Below are positions 36,149 to 48,540 of a DNA stretch of 64,000 nt, in pieces. Position 1 is the stretch's first letter, and each line of letters starts with the position of its first letter. Source of the DNA: Rhizodiscina lignyota (Eukaryota); the NCBI GenBank assembly GCA_010015805.1, contig ML978123.1, forward strand, positions 2,542,001 through 2,606,000, written 5' to 3'. Made by a program: the position numbers and the translations under genes. Under the pieces are notes generated by a model. The model saw only the letters and a program-made list of their open reading frames with translations. It did not search any database and was not told the origin of the DNA.

Positions 36149-37067
36149 TTTAGTTGAAATGTGGAGAGTAATGCAATCGTCGTTGTGTCGAAGGTGGGAT
36201 TCATGAAAAAATTGGATGACATAAGTGAAATCTTGGCGTTTATCTAACTATTCCTCATTAGGACGAAACCTCCGACCTCCGATTCTTTGGAAAGCATCGC
36301 GTCCTCATTCCCATCGTACACTCCCCTGTTGTATCCTGCCTCTATCCGGGCCGGACATTATGGTTTTATGCTCGCATCCATGCGCCAATGGTGCCCAAGT
36401 GGCGCTTCAGCTTTCTAGCATCTTGTGAAGTAACCTTAAAATGAAAGCAATAGGCAAGTACCAATCGCAAACTGCTACATGGTGCTCTTGAGCACTCTAA
36501 CTGCACTGTAAGCAGAGGCTTTCTTCAATCTTGATGCTTTCAATCATAGACACACAGAGCTATCTCCTCATCTAGGCAGTTCTCTTCTCCTGTAAATACT
36601 GTCTTGTCAGATTCCTGCTTATTGTCGAATGTTCTCTCTTCCATCATCCAGTACCAAAGAGGTGGCCGATCTATTTAACTTTCGAATGGATACCCTTTTA
36701 ATCGACACGTTTGCTTGGCAAGCACTCAGAGTGGTGAAATTATCGCCGGCATTTGACTTCACATGCTCGGCTTCATACCGTGATTGTTACGAGCCGCGTT
36801 GCTCGTACTGCTCGTCGTACCGACCGGTCCGAGCTGGGATTCAGCGGTCTATCTCCAAGTACCAGAATGATAGCCAGTGTACGGGCTGAAATGGATTCGT
36901 CTTACCGTGCAATCTCCGGCTCCTAGGCGTACTCGCTGGCATTGAGGGGACTAGCGTACGATCGCTGCTAATGATGGCGAGACTTGACGGGGCTTTTATA
37001 AGTAAGCTCCGAAGAATGCGCTTCATATATTTCATTCAGTATCTCCATTCTTTGAAAACAAATCAAA

Positions 37068-38971
37068 ATGAAGCTCTACCTTTTCGCTCTTCTCTTGCCC
37101 GTCACAACATCCGCTGCAGCACAATGCAAGCTTACCACTCAGCACGACTCTTGGCCGACTGAGGCAGACTGGTCCGCTCTCAACAACAGCATATCTGGTC
37201 AACTCATCCAAACCGTACCAGTTGCATCTTCCTGCTGGCCAGGCAACCCGTTCAATTCTAATGTCGATTGTGCAACTGTACGCTCAAACTGGACATCTGC
37301 GGCGTTCCACGCACAGCGCCCGGAATCAGTCGATTTTCCTGTTTTTACAAACAACTCATGCATTCCACCCGACTCACCGGGTTATACTAAAGCACAGGGC
37401 TGCACATTGAGAGGTTTACCGCAATACATTGTGGACGCTACAGGCGCGGCCCAGGCTGCCGTGGCATTGAAATGGGCTGCGGATCGAAACGTCAGAGTTA
37501 TAGTAAAGGGAACTGGTCATGATCTGTGCGGACGGGACGTCTCGAAATATGTGATATTATACTACGCGAGTGTTAACGATATCAGATCCTCTGGCGCTAA
37601 TTCCCTCTCCATTTGGACCCACAATCTCCGCCGGATCCAGTTCCACAATAACTGGTCTCCAGAGAATTGCAACTCGCAGGAGCACTGGTCGGTAGCTACA
37701 CTGGGAGCTGGGTGGACCTGGGGCGGGATTATACAACATGCTGACAAGCATGGCAAAGTGGTCGTTAGTGGAGGAACTCCAACAGTGGGAATAGGAGGCC
37801 ACACTGGTGCTGGAGGTCATGGTCCGCTTTCTGCCATCAAAGGACTAGCTTCAGATCAAATTCTGCAAGTGACCATTGCTACTACACAAGGGAATGTCTA
37901 CATAGCGAATGACTATCAGCATCAAGACCTGTTCTGGGCTGTTCGCGGAGTAAGCACTGTCTTCGGTAATATTTGCGGCAAGAAGCTAAAACGTACTAGG
38001 GCGGTGCTGGAGTTTATGGAGTCATTACTGAATATGTCATTCGAACGTACACATCACCAAGAACAGCACTTGCAACCCTCCAGGTCCAGGCAGCACAAAA
38101 CACACCTAACACTATCGGAGCTGCATGGAATGCAACAGCCCTCATTGCAAGTAGTCTACCCGACTTGATGGACCAAGGCATCACAGGAACGGGTTTCGTA
38201 GCGACGGGGTCTCTTGTTGATCAGTTCATCCCAGATGCTCCTTCTCCTGCTGTTGGGCCAGTATCATTCGTTGCCCTGAACGCATTCAACACCACATCAG
38301 TCGCAATGAATACTACCCTCCTCCCGGTGGTCGACCGAATCCGGCGAGAATTAGGCACACTCCTAACCATCAAGTACACACCACCAATAGAATTCCCCAC
38401 CTTTTGGGAGTGGTTCAACGCATCCAGCAAACCCATGCCCGTCGCGTACTACGGAATCGATTCCTCCCGCCTGCTTTCAAAACAAAGCATTCAGATCCCA
38501 GTCCCAGCACTCACACAGAAAATCAAAGACCTGATGACGCCACAGGACAGCACCTTCGGCAGCGTCCTCGTGTTGACCATGGCTGCCGGTCGCGGTGTCG
38601 CAGACGTTCCACCCATACGAAGAGGCGCCGTATTGCCCGCCTGGCGCTCGTCCTATATACATGCAATCGCCAGCACAGCGCACATTGACGAGCAATTGCC
38701 ACCGGCGCAGGCCATGGCGGGGGCTGGGGCGTGGCTTAACGACAACACGGAGCTGAGATGGGACGCTATCCAACGCGGTGCTGGATCGTACGTGAACGAG
38801 GCGAATCAATTCACACCAGAGTGGAAGTCGCGGTTCTGGGGTGTGAATTATGATCGATTGAAGCAGATAAAGCTCAAGTATGATCCGTCGGAGACTTTGT
38901 TTGTGGCACAAGGTGTCGGAAGTGATCATTGGGAGTACGATCTGAATTCTGGGAAGCTCTGCAGATCTTGA
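37068..38971 (+). CDS. Secreted FAD-linked oxidoreductase (berberine-bridge-enzyme-like)
   Basis: Signal peptide MKLYLFALLLP, KGTGHD flavinylation motif, GGGHGPLS, DLFWAVRG|GGAG and C-terminal YVNE...FWGVNYDRLKQIKLKYDP. Canonical intron about 37950-37998; anomalous intron 37535-37585. Confidence 0.92.
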
Positions 38972-39247
38972 ACAAGCTCAGATTCGAAAAAGCAAGTGAG
39001 GCACAACAGACCACCCTCTCGGAATATTGCATCTTGAGATCTACACTGACCATGAGTCGGACCTCTCTAAACACATACAAGATCAAAACAAGCTAGTCGT
39101 TATACGTTGTATGCATGGAGTATATTCATATCCATTTGTCTATAATTGTCCAGATCCTTTCTTCCTCAAAGACGTCCGTCAAAATATGTACATGTTCAAG
39201 AATGGAAAAGTACACAAAACAAATTTTCTTTTAGCTAGCACTCGACT

Positions 39248-40681
39248 CTAAGAAGTCGCATACACTGAGCCATAATCACTCAGCTCCGTGCCGCTTACCA
39301 GCTTGCCGTCGCTGGCCATGAAGAACGCGTACTTCTGGATGTAGTCCTGGCTGTCCATCCACGGCAGGACCTCCTCCAAGAAGCTGGCGATCTGGTCGTC
39401 GGTGCCGTCGGTGGTGCCGAACTCGGTGATCCAGAGGGGCTTCTTGAACTGGTTCCATGCGCCCTCGAGGTAGCTCTTGAAGTAGGCGACGTTGCTGTAG
39501 CTGTCGTACCAGTGCAGGCAGATGAAGTCGACCTGGCAGTCGTCGCCGCACGAGTCGAGGAAGTTGCCCATCCATGTCAAGCCCATGGGAGCGCCACCGT
39601 TCGTGACGGCAGGAGAGCCGAGCTGGACGCCGGAGTTGGCGAAGGGCATCATGTAGGTCTTGAAGCCCTCGGCGGCATCGTCTGGGGAAAGGTTGGATTG
39701 GGTGCTGAGATCAGGCTCGTTGAAGCACAGAAGATGCTCGCTGCCCTTGCTGATGGCGTCCTTGGCGTTAGCGCTCCAGCTCGAGGTGAAGTCACTGTCG
39801 GTGCCCCAAAGCAGTGGGGCGAACTCGAAGTCCTCACTGTTAAGGCCACTGTCAGAGGAACCCCAGTCGTAAGCCCACGAAACCTTGGTGCCTTCGAAGC
39901 AGGTGGTGAGGGAGGCATCGTTGTAGGGGATACCACGCTTGCTGGTTGAACCACTGGAGGTTGAGCTTGAAGCTGGCGCAGATGCGGTGCTGGACTTGGG
40001 AACCAGAGACGTAGTGGTTGTTGGCGTGGAAGTAGTCGTTGGCTTCGCCGAGGATACCACGGGAGTAGAAGAGACCACGGGAGTGGGCTTAACGGAGGTC
40101 GGCTTAGCAGATGTCTTCGAGCTTGATGGGGTCTCCACTGGAGTAGGAGTCGAAGATGGACTGGGGCTGGAGCTCGACTTCTTGCTGCTGTGGTGATGAC
40201 GATGAGACCAGGTGAAATCTGCGGCCTTGACAGAGTTGGATGATGCGCTTGCGGTTACTGTTGCGGTTGCAGTCACCACAACCACAGTCGTCGGGTAACC
40301 AGATGGAGTCTCGACAGCGGGAACAGACCACCACGCATTGGGGGCAACGGCGGAGTCATCAGAGCTGATTGCAAAGTTAGTAAAGGACCAACTAAAGCTA
40401 TGTGCAGGAAGGTAGAGACGAGATAGAGAAGCCAACTTTCAATTAGCAGCAATGTGTATGGACACTTCCTCAACCACAACATATGGGATGTCAAGTTGCT
40501 AACTAGCCAACGCTGCTAGCACGACAACCGCATGCTAACATCACAACATATATATAAAGGAAAGACGAACGACTAATGGACATGAATATTGGCAGTGACG
40601 AACATACCCTTGGGGGAGCGCAACAGCAAGCGCCGTCGAGATGAAGGACAGCAGGCCCAACTTGTTCATAGTCGGAGACAT
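39248..40681 (-). CDS. GH128 beta-1,3-glucanase (Asl1-like), secreted, with Ser/Thr-rich N-terminal region
   Basis: Signal exon MSPTMNKLGLLSFISTALAVALP, intron about 40367-40607. Motifs KRGIPYN, SWAYDW, FNEPD, LHWY and WITEFG. Confidence 0.93.
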
Positions 40682-43600
40682 GATGATGATCCAGCAGATC
40701 TTGCGAAAGAGATCGCGGTATCAAGTGGTTTTCAATTGAGATTCGGCGTGGAAGATCCGAGAGATCGTGGGGGGTAGAGGTAACGCGTGGTGTTGGGATT
40801 GGTGGTCGAGATGCAGCTTCTCAGAGCGCGAGATACTATAGCCTGAATAGCCGTCCTGGGCTTATGGCGAAAACAGAAGGCGGCGAAGAGGGTGGAATGA
40901 ACGGAGATGTGTCTAGCACACGAGCGAGAGAAACGAGCGAGTGCTCTGGAGAAAAGAATGACGGCGCCGCAAAGAGAAGCAAGGTGTGAAGACAGGTGTC
41001 GTGAAGAAGAGAAGAAGTAAAAGAAGGCCAGAACGGCAGCGAAGACATACATATTGAGTGTCGACTAGCGAGAGCATATTCGCTAGAGCAGTCGCGACTT
41101 TGCGGGTACAAGCACAGCAGGCAGTTTCATGTTCCGCCACGCAATCTTCGGCAGGCTGTGTATGTCTAGGTAATGTCGGCACGTATCCACAAGGAGAGAA
41201 AGAGGAGGGGATTCCGAGAGCACAACCAGGGGCCTAGACAACTGTCATCCCCAAGGACGCCGAGGCGCGCGGCTTGTTGGTAGTTTTGGGTGAAGACAGA
41301 TGCACGAATTCAGCGGGACCTGCTGCTGAAAGGGGCAAAGTAAAGAAACGCAAAGCACATCATCACGCCGCCTTGACTCTGTTCAGTTAGACATGCAGTT
41401 CTTGGACGAGAGATGCCTGTCAAACGACATCGGCTCCCTCACGTCAACACATCTCCCGCCCGTCCATGACCGATCCGCTAGCCAGGAGTCCGGGATTCTG
41501 GTTGAAGTGCAATCTGAGCACCGGGAGGGGCGGACGGCGTCTCTGCGCCCCTTCACACTGGTGCGGGAGGTGGCACTCGGGTAGGAGAAAGCGAGATGGA
41601 ATGGAGCAGCAGTCGGCCACTGCTCGCAAAGCTTGTTCGTGGCGGACGCGCGGTGTCTTCTGCTCCTGTCTTGCCGGGCACGTTGGGTTGTTTCTGCGCA
41701 CGAAGCGGGAGGGTGGTGAAGAGGGCGAGGTGGGGCGTTCCTGAGAAATCGGCGTTCTCGGCGCCGCTGATCAGCGTTTGAAACAGAAGCGCCAGGCAGA
41801 GTCGAGCGCTGCCACTGGCTGAGGCCCGTCATCGTGAAAGACACAGGGGACCCCATGCATCTCTCTACGGCTCCTTTGCGCCAGGGGTAAAGGGGACATC
41901 GTGGCTTCTCGACGCAGTGAGCACCAATGGGCAAAATCACACCTGCGCAGTCTGTCCGTTGTGCCGTTCCTGCATGAACTCTCTCTTTTCCGGCCGGAGC
42001 GAGCGCCTGTTCTGATTCCACAAATTATTGTGGGCTTTTCCTCGAAGAACCGATGTGATTCGGCTTCACGCAGAAAAATTTGAGTTGACTTTGTCAAATT
42101 CTCGTTGAGAGCTTCCTTCTTTTCTCACTCTCGACTGACACGGAATGCCCCGTAGGGCTAAGACTCCGAAGGTCATTGATGCATATGCAACTCTGGCGAG
42201 AACTCTCAGAGGTCAAAGACACCGAAAGACACGGGTTATTGCTGGACTGGTGTGGCTTGAGATGAGACGCTTTCCCTGGCTGTCAGATCCATGGGATTTT
42301 GCCATAACCGCCATCAATTCCCGTCCTTATCGTAAAATTCGCATCCTTCCTCACGTAGGACGCTTTGTGCAGCTCCCTCTCCTTGCGCACAGTTCAATCA
42401 ATTCCTTCGAAATTACGCAGTATTCACTGCTTGGCCTCGCTACGATATTGAGACGAGTACAAAGGTCTCCCCCGCTCACCATTCACCCGGCAGCTTGCAG
42501 GGCAACATACATCTGCTCACGGCTAAGGACTACCTAGTTCTGCAGTCAGCAAAAGTAGCTACAACGTTTCTTTACTTCTGCCCTAAGGCAGCCAAGAACT
42601 AAAACTACGACACTGGGAATCTTCCTATTGGAAAATTCGCGAGGTCGCGAATGACATGCCGAAGCGGCTGCAAAGCATTTTCCAGAACTTGAAACGAGCT
42701 CTGGACGCTGCAGCACGTGTCTGGTCGTTTCGACTCAACAAATCAGTGCCATAGGGCTACGCACTGCGACCCTACATGACTGCCTTATTCCCATCGGGAA
42801 GGTCGTCGATGACATGCTGCAAGTTCTTTCTAGAACGAGCACGTTGCAACTTGCAAGAGGACTGTTGAATTCTGCTGTCATCAGTATGACTCGCACCGCA
42901 CTGAAGAAAAAGCATCTTCCTGGTGACCAGTCCATGAAGTGACACGAGATCGGAAGACTTTCCAGAATTCAAAATGTAAAATGCAATTGCAATGCCGTAT
43001 TTAGGCCGCGTGAAAATCTATCAACGCACAATGAGGTGACTTTGGAGGCCGTACAATAATTCAGCTTCATGGCTGGTCGTGTTGCATTGTCTGGATCCAG
43101 ATATTGCTGTGAAGATACGTCTCCAGCTTACAAAGAGCTGAATGCAAAGTAATGCAGCTTTAAGAGAAAGTGCGAGTCAATCGAATACGTAAAAAGTATC
43201 TGAAGAGAAATGACTTCATTGTGACTGCTTTGAGGAAGTGCTCAAAGGTACAAGCAGACTATGAGAACATCTCAACCCCAACCCTAACCCTCCAAACTAC
43301 CACTTTCACTCCAAACCTTGAGTCGAATTCAGAAAGCATCATGATAGCCATCTTCTGTCAATATCTCCTCTAGTATTGCAAGTATTTTCTCCCATTGATC
43401 AACCACGGACTAATTGATCCGATGCTGAGCTCTTCTGATCGCCTCACAAGTTTTCAGCAAGACGGTAGGATAAGCACGGAGGGAATTTCGAAAGATTCAA
43501 ATAGCGATTCTTTCTGCCAGTCGCTCCATTTCATTTCATGATGTCAAAGTTTTTCAAACTCTGTATCTGTAGTGATTGAGCTCTCTGCGCTCTCCAAAGC

Positions 43601-43690
43601 AACATCAGTCATATCACTCCAAACTATCACTCGCAAGAGCTGGATACTGCGTGGCTGGATATTCCTTTTGACGTCAGAGCATCAACCAAA

Positions 43691-44935
43691 ATGTCAAACT
43701 CCTCGCAGCTCCTAGCGCTCGCCAGCGCCATCCAAACTCAAGTGACCGCAATACACGAGCATCTAGCCTCCTCTGGACAAGCCGGCCCGTCTTTCAACGG
43801 CCAGTCTCCAGAAACCAACTACGCTGGCATCGACGATATCAGAGCAGCAACCCTCGAGAGCCTCACCCGACTCCATGATCTCCTCTCCACACCCCGTGAG
43901 ATTCTCCAACATCGAAGTCCCACGGATTTCCTGAGCCGCCATGCCCTCGACCGCCTAGGAATCTATGACGTTATCCCCGTCAACGAAACTAGAACGTACG
44001 AGCAGCTCTCGGCCACAACAAAGCAGCCTGTTCGAACTTTGCGCAGGATCCTGCGCCATGCCATGACGCAGCATATCTTCTATGAGCCGCAATCCGGTGT
44101 CGTCGCTCACACGCAAGTCTCCCGCCTCTTGACAGAGAACAGCAAAATACGCGACTACTACGGCACCGTGTGCCAGGAGGTCTGGCCGGCTGCGACGCGC
44201 ACCGTCGATGCATTGGAGAAGTGGCCCGGCTCAACGCAGCGCGAAGAGTCGGGCTACGTCCTTGCCACTGGGAAGCCGCTGCAGCAGGTCCTAGACGAGA
44301 ATCCAGCGAAGCATAAGCGCTACGACAATGCGATGGGCTCGTTTGCTAACGATCGGACGTTCAGTTTCGAGCATGTGATTAAGGGGTTCGATTGGGCTTC
44401 GCTTGGGAGCGCGACGGTGGTAGATGTCGGCGGTGGTGTTGGGACGGTTAGCAAGGCGCTGGCCAAGGCATACCCGAAGCTTAACTTCATCGTTGAAGAT
44501 CAGCCGGACGTGGTTGCCAACGCGGCTGTTGAGGAAGAGGAGATAAAAGAGAGAATCAAGTTCATCGAGCACGACTTCTTCACCGAGCAACCGGTGGACA
44601 ACGCAGACGTATACTTCATCCGCAGGGTTTTCATGGAGTGGCCAGACGACAAAGCCGTTCTCATCCTGAGAGCTTTACTTCCTGCCATGAAGAAAGGAGC
44701 TCGAGTGCTGATACAAGACTTCTACGTCCCCGAGCCCGGAGCTTGTCCGCTCTGGCAGGAACGCAGATTCAGAGCCTCGGATCTGCTCGCATTGGCCCTT
44801 GAGAATGCCGGACAGCGCGAGTTTGAAGACTGGAGGGCGTTATTCGAGACAGCTGGACCAGACTTCCAATTCAAAGGGGTCACGCCGGTACCAAACTCTG
44901 ATGTCGTCTTCATAGAAGCTGTCGCACGGGGTTAG
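43691..44935 (+). CDS. SAM-dependent O-methyltransferase-fold protein (Methyltransf_2)
   Basis: Winged-helix dimerisation region (LRRILRHAM, VAHT), VVDVGGGVG SAM motif, HDFFTEQP and ADVYFIRRVFMEWPD. Intronless, 414 aa. Confidence 0.93.
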   Translation: MSNSSQLLALASAIQTQVTAIHEHLASSGQAGPSFNGQSPETNYAGIDDIRAATLESLTRLHDLLSTPREILQHRSPTDFLSRHALDRLGIYDVIPVNETRTYEQLSATTKQPVRTLRRILRHAMTQHIFYEPQSGVVAHTQVSRLLTENSKIRDYYGTVCQEVWPAATRTVDALEKWPGSTQREESGYVLATGKPLQQVLDENPAKHKRYDNAMGSFANDRTFSFEHVIKGFDWASLGSATVVDVGGGVGTVSKALAKAYPKLNFIVEDQPDVVANAAVEEEEIKERIKFIEHDFFTEQPVDNADVYFIRRVFMEWPDDKAVLILRALLPAMKKGARVLIQDFYVPEPGACPLWQERRFRASDLLALALENAGQREFEDWRALFETAGPDFQFKGVTPVPNSDVVFIEAVARG

Positions 44936-45407
44936 GAGAGGTGATAAGCAGAACTTGCAGAAGTAATTGCTGCGAGTCATCGTCCTAGGTGTTTGTTGGG
45001 ATATCATTGCAATATGTTCGGTATATGGAAGAGGTGTGTTGCTTCAGAATTTCAGCTACACGTGGCCATTCTTTCAGAACGGCAATGAGCGAATGAAGGC
45101 TCTTGGTTACTTTTCTATCCTTTTCCCATACATCGGGACGAATCAGCGCACATCACAGACCGAGAAGTCATTTTGCCTTCGTTTTACGAAAGCCATATCC
45201 ATTGGGGAGAAAGCAGCCCCTTGCTCAGTATCCTCACGCTTGTGTCCATTGAAACCAGAAAGATCGGTGACGCCGCCCAATGCTACCCAAACCCCGCGCT
45301 TCAGAGACGAATGCCGCTAAAGCTCCTGGTCAGATTCGAGAAATCCGAGTGTCCCAATGGGACGCCCTATCGCCATGCAGTAAGAGATGCCAAAATACCC
45401 GCGATGC

Positions 45408-48144
45408 TCACGCTAAATATTTGTATGCTGGAGGATTTGATTCTTCGAGGCGTTCGAGATACTCACGGTCGATGAGCGATTCAATTCGCTTCTTGATCAT
45501 GTTGACGTCGGGCTTGAACTGCGCTTTCACTTGATCGAGAGTGTCGAGGATGAGCTGCTGGTGAGAGAGTTGTTTGCGGCTCCTGTTAAGAAATTTGTCA
45601 GATGACGGATGATTTTGAAAAGACATTGAATGAGGACAACATACTTCATAATGCGCACGATGGCAGCCTCCACCGTGATGCCCCTGTGCTGCTCCATTTT
45701 GTCCTCGGTTTCCCGCTTCTCCTGATCGGTCTCGACGCGGTTGTTGTTGGTGATAATGCCGACTTTGAGCTTGAGGAACTTGGACTGGAACTTCTCGTTG
45801 ACGCAGAACTTGTCGGAAGGATTAACCTCGCGGCCCATAGGTTCCTTCTTCAAGAACTGTGTCTTCTTAGAGACGGCGATTTGCTGGAGATTGCGGATGA
45901 GATCTGCATCGGGCATGTTCGTCTTCGCTTGGATTTCCTCGTAGCTGAGGTATTCGCCAGACGGCACGTCGTTGAACAACAACAAGATGACCATTCCGTA
46001 CGTCGGGATGTTGACCTCATGCATCTTGCCAAAGCGTACACGCATATCCGCTGTACCCAGATGCGGCAGCCATGTCAATTTCCTGCCGGAATGCTTCTCA
46101 CCATAGAATTTCTCGAAGCTCTTTCGTAGACGGTCGATTTCTGACGGGAAGATGAACTTCTTCTCATTATCTTCTCCAAGCGGTGGCCAAGTCATGCTGG
46201 TTAACACCATCATGTCCAGCCCCACACGCTTCGGGTCTTCCGAGCCAGTCGATTGAAGGTAATCTTGGTAGTTCCTCGTGAGATCGTCGCTAGTGTTCAT
46301 ATCCTTGAACATGCCCTCCATTTTCTGAGTGAACTGGTGACCAAGCTCGATCTTCATGCGGGAGACCATGTCCTTCTCGACATCCATGCTCAACGACTTC
46401 TTCTGGAGAAGGCGTTTGGTCAGATGCTTCTTGTAGTAGCCTTCGAACATGTCCTTGTTCTGGACATATCGGACAAGCGTGATCGCCTTCAGGAGAACCT
46501 GATCGATTTCAGTCTCAGTCTTGTCCCTGATGCCTTTCTTCATATTGTCGTCAATGAAAAGCGAGATGAACTCCGATGCACGGGTGAATGCTGCTGAGTT
46601 GATGAATTCGGAGAACGAGCGAGTCAGCGCGGCCGCTACGCCGGTATCCTTCTGGAAGGAGTGGTTGAGAATCGCGTCGAACTTGTCTTTCAACTCGAGC
46701 ACGTCTGCAACCCATTTGATCGCTGCTGCGGTCTGCGGATTTCCAGGCTTGTTCGCAGGTGCCTCGGCGTCCTTTGGCGCTTGCTCAGGCGGAAGCTGAC
46801 CTGGTACTGCTGTGGTCGTTGCTGCTTCGTTTACAGCAGTTCCCATTTCCACAACGCGCAGCTGAATCGCCTTCGTCAACTCAGATTTCTTCTCGTCGAC
46901 CCTTGCTTCCAATTGGTAGACCAGGCCCAACTCTTCTAGTCTCTCATTATCAATCATGAACCGAACGCCACTCTCCATCTCGATGACCTCCTGAATCTTG
47001 TTCTTTATCAACTCTTCCTCAACGACCTTCTCGATTTTCGGAGTTGTGGTGTCTGAAAGCATCGTCCGGCACCTATACTGCTCTTCCTTTAACCGCGCCA
47101 TTGTCCGCTCACAGTATCCACCAGCATCCGACTCCCGCAACAGTTTCTCGCCCTCATCACGATAAAACTCTCTGCTGACGTTCAGGAAGTCTTGCTCGAA
47201 TGAGGTGCTATACAGCTTCTGCTCCGACGATTCCGAGTTTGACTCGTACAGACCATCTAGCATGTATATGCAGCTCTTGATTATGCTCTTGTCGATGACG
47301 TCGCCCGCCCGCTCCATCTGTATCTGATCGAGAATGACGCCATTGAGGACTCCAAGAACCGAAGGACTCCTGGGGTCCGAGCCCGTAGGGGAGAATAGAT
47401 TGCAGTCCCGGAAGAGGTTCATGGCTGTGGCATAGATGTTGGGTTTGCGATTGTCAGTGCAGTACACGCGATCCTGTTGCGTCTACGTCAGTTAAAGTCT
47501 GTGGGTATGTGGAGATGGCCCCATCTTGGAAATCGCACCATGTACATCAAGACATCCGCTAGCATGTTCATGCACACCACATGATTTTGCCAGGAGTCCT
47601 TCACTTCCCTGAGGAACTTCTCGCCAGCTTCGCGGCGCTCATTCGTTGTCGCAGCAGCTCCAGCACCGACACCATCTTGTGGGGCGGATTGTAGGGAGGG
47701 GGAGAGTTTGCCCAAGATTTGGGGCCGAATTTTCTCGCGTAGCCAAGTTGATTCGAAGGCCTTAACTTTGTCGTACAGCTTCTCGCCTTGTTTCTTCAAC
47801 ACCAAGCGGTATGCGAAGCGATAAAGCTCCTCGTACGACAGTGACGATGCGTTGTGATCGTGAATCTGGGTAAAGGCGGTGTCTAGGGTCTTCCATACGC
47901 TCTCAAAGTCGACATCATCACCGTTGATACCCTGGCCGTATCGCATATTGTCAGCAGCAGTTCTATATAGAACAGTCGTTGGAAGAAGTCGGAGGATGCG
48001 AAATGATAGCCAAAATGGTTGGAGAAGCACAAGAGGTTAGGAGTGAATTGGGGTTTGGTAGCTTTAACACGGAGGTGTTTGAATGAATGTGTTACTCACT
48101 CTTCTGGGCGGCCGGATTTTTGTTTTGTTCCGACCTGATAACAT
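45408..48144 (-). CDS. CUL3: Cullin-3
   Basis: First exon MLSGRNKTKIRPPRR, LSYEELYR, KDMFEGYYKKHL, GRKLTW, EAAIVRIMK neddylation region and IKKRIESLIDREYLER...YKYLA*. Three introns. Confidence 0.95.
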
Positions 48145-48540
48145 CGTGTGAAAGAGTCGTCGAGCTTTCACTAGAAATCTCTATGCGCCCTGGTGGGGGG
48201 TGGGGGAGGGTTCCGTGGCGCTTCGGACGCAGTGAAGGCGGGATAATGAAGCCTATAGGAAGACTGTGGGCATTATTCGACAAGGAGAGGAAGGTACAAG
48301 CTTCAAATACAGATGATCCAGCTGTAACAAGGTGGTTCGGAGAATAAGCTCGGTGGTCGTGGTGGTGAGCCTTGCGGACTTCAGCAGCAACTGCGGGTGT
48401 CCGAGCGAGCTCATTGCCAAGCAATCCAGGCACGCGGTCCCTTAGTCCCTGCGCGTGAGTAGTACCGAACGCGGCGATCGCATCTTTCAACTTCTTTACT
48501 CTTCACTCGCAAACAGCAAAAATCACCAGCGTCCTCCAGA

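Noticed and set aside
36204..36213. TGAAAAAATT RRPE-like motif upstream of UTP20
   Set aside because: An imperfect match to a yeast-defined AT-rich motif; too weak to call.
39276..40196. Multiple antisense and alternate-frame ORFs over GH128 (likewise over UTP20, CUL3 and VID27)
   Set aside because: Shadows of codon bias in real genes; no independent protein motifs.
43274..43291. AACCCCAACCCTAACCCT as a telomere-like repeat or telomerase RNA template
   Set aside because: Only one perfect CCCTAA within C/A-rich sequence. A roughly 2-kb plus-strand TER would run into the OMT gene 400 bp downstream, and I recognised no pseudoknot or CR4/5 features.
47959..47972. 14-bp palindrome GTTCTATATAGAAC in CUL3 intron 1 (and small hairpins in the HIS7 and GH128 introns)
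   Set aside because: No snoRNA boxes or stwintron architecture visible; isolated short stems are expected by chance.
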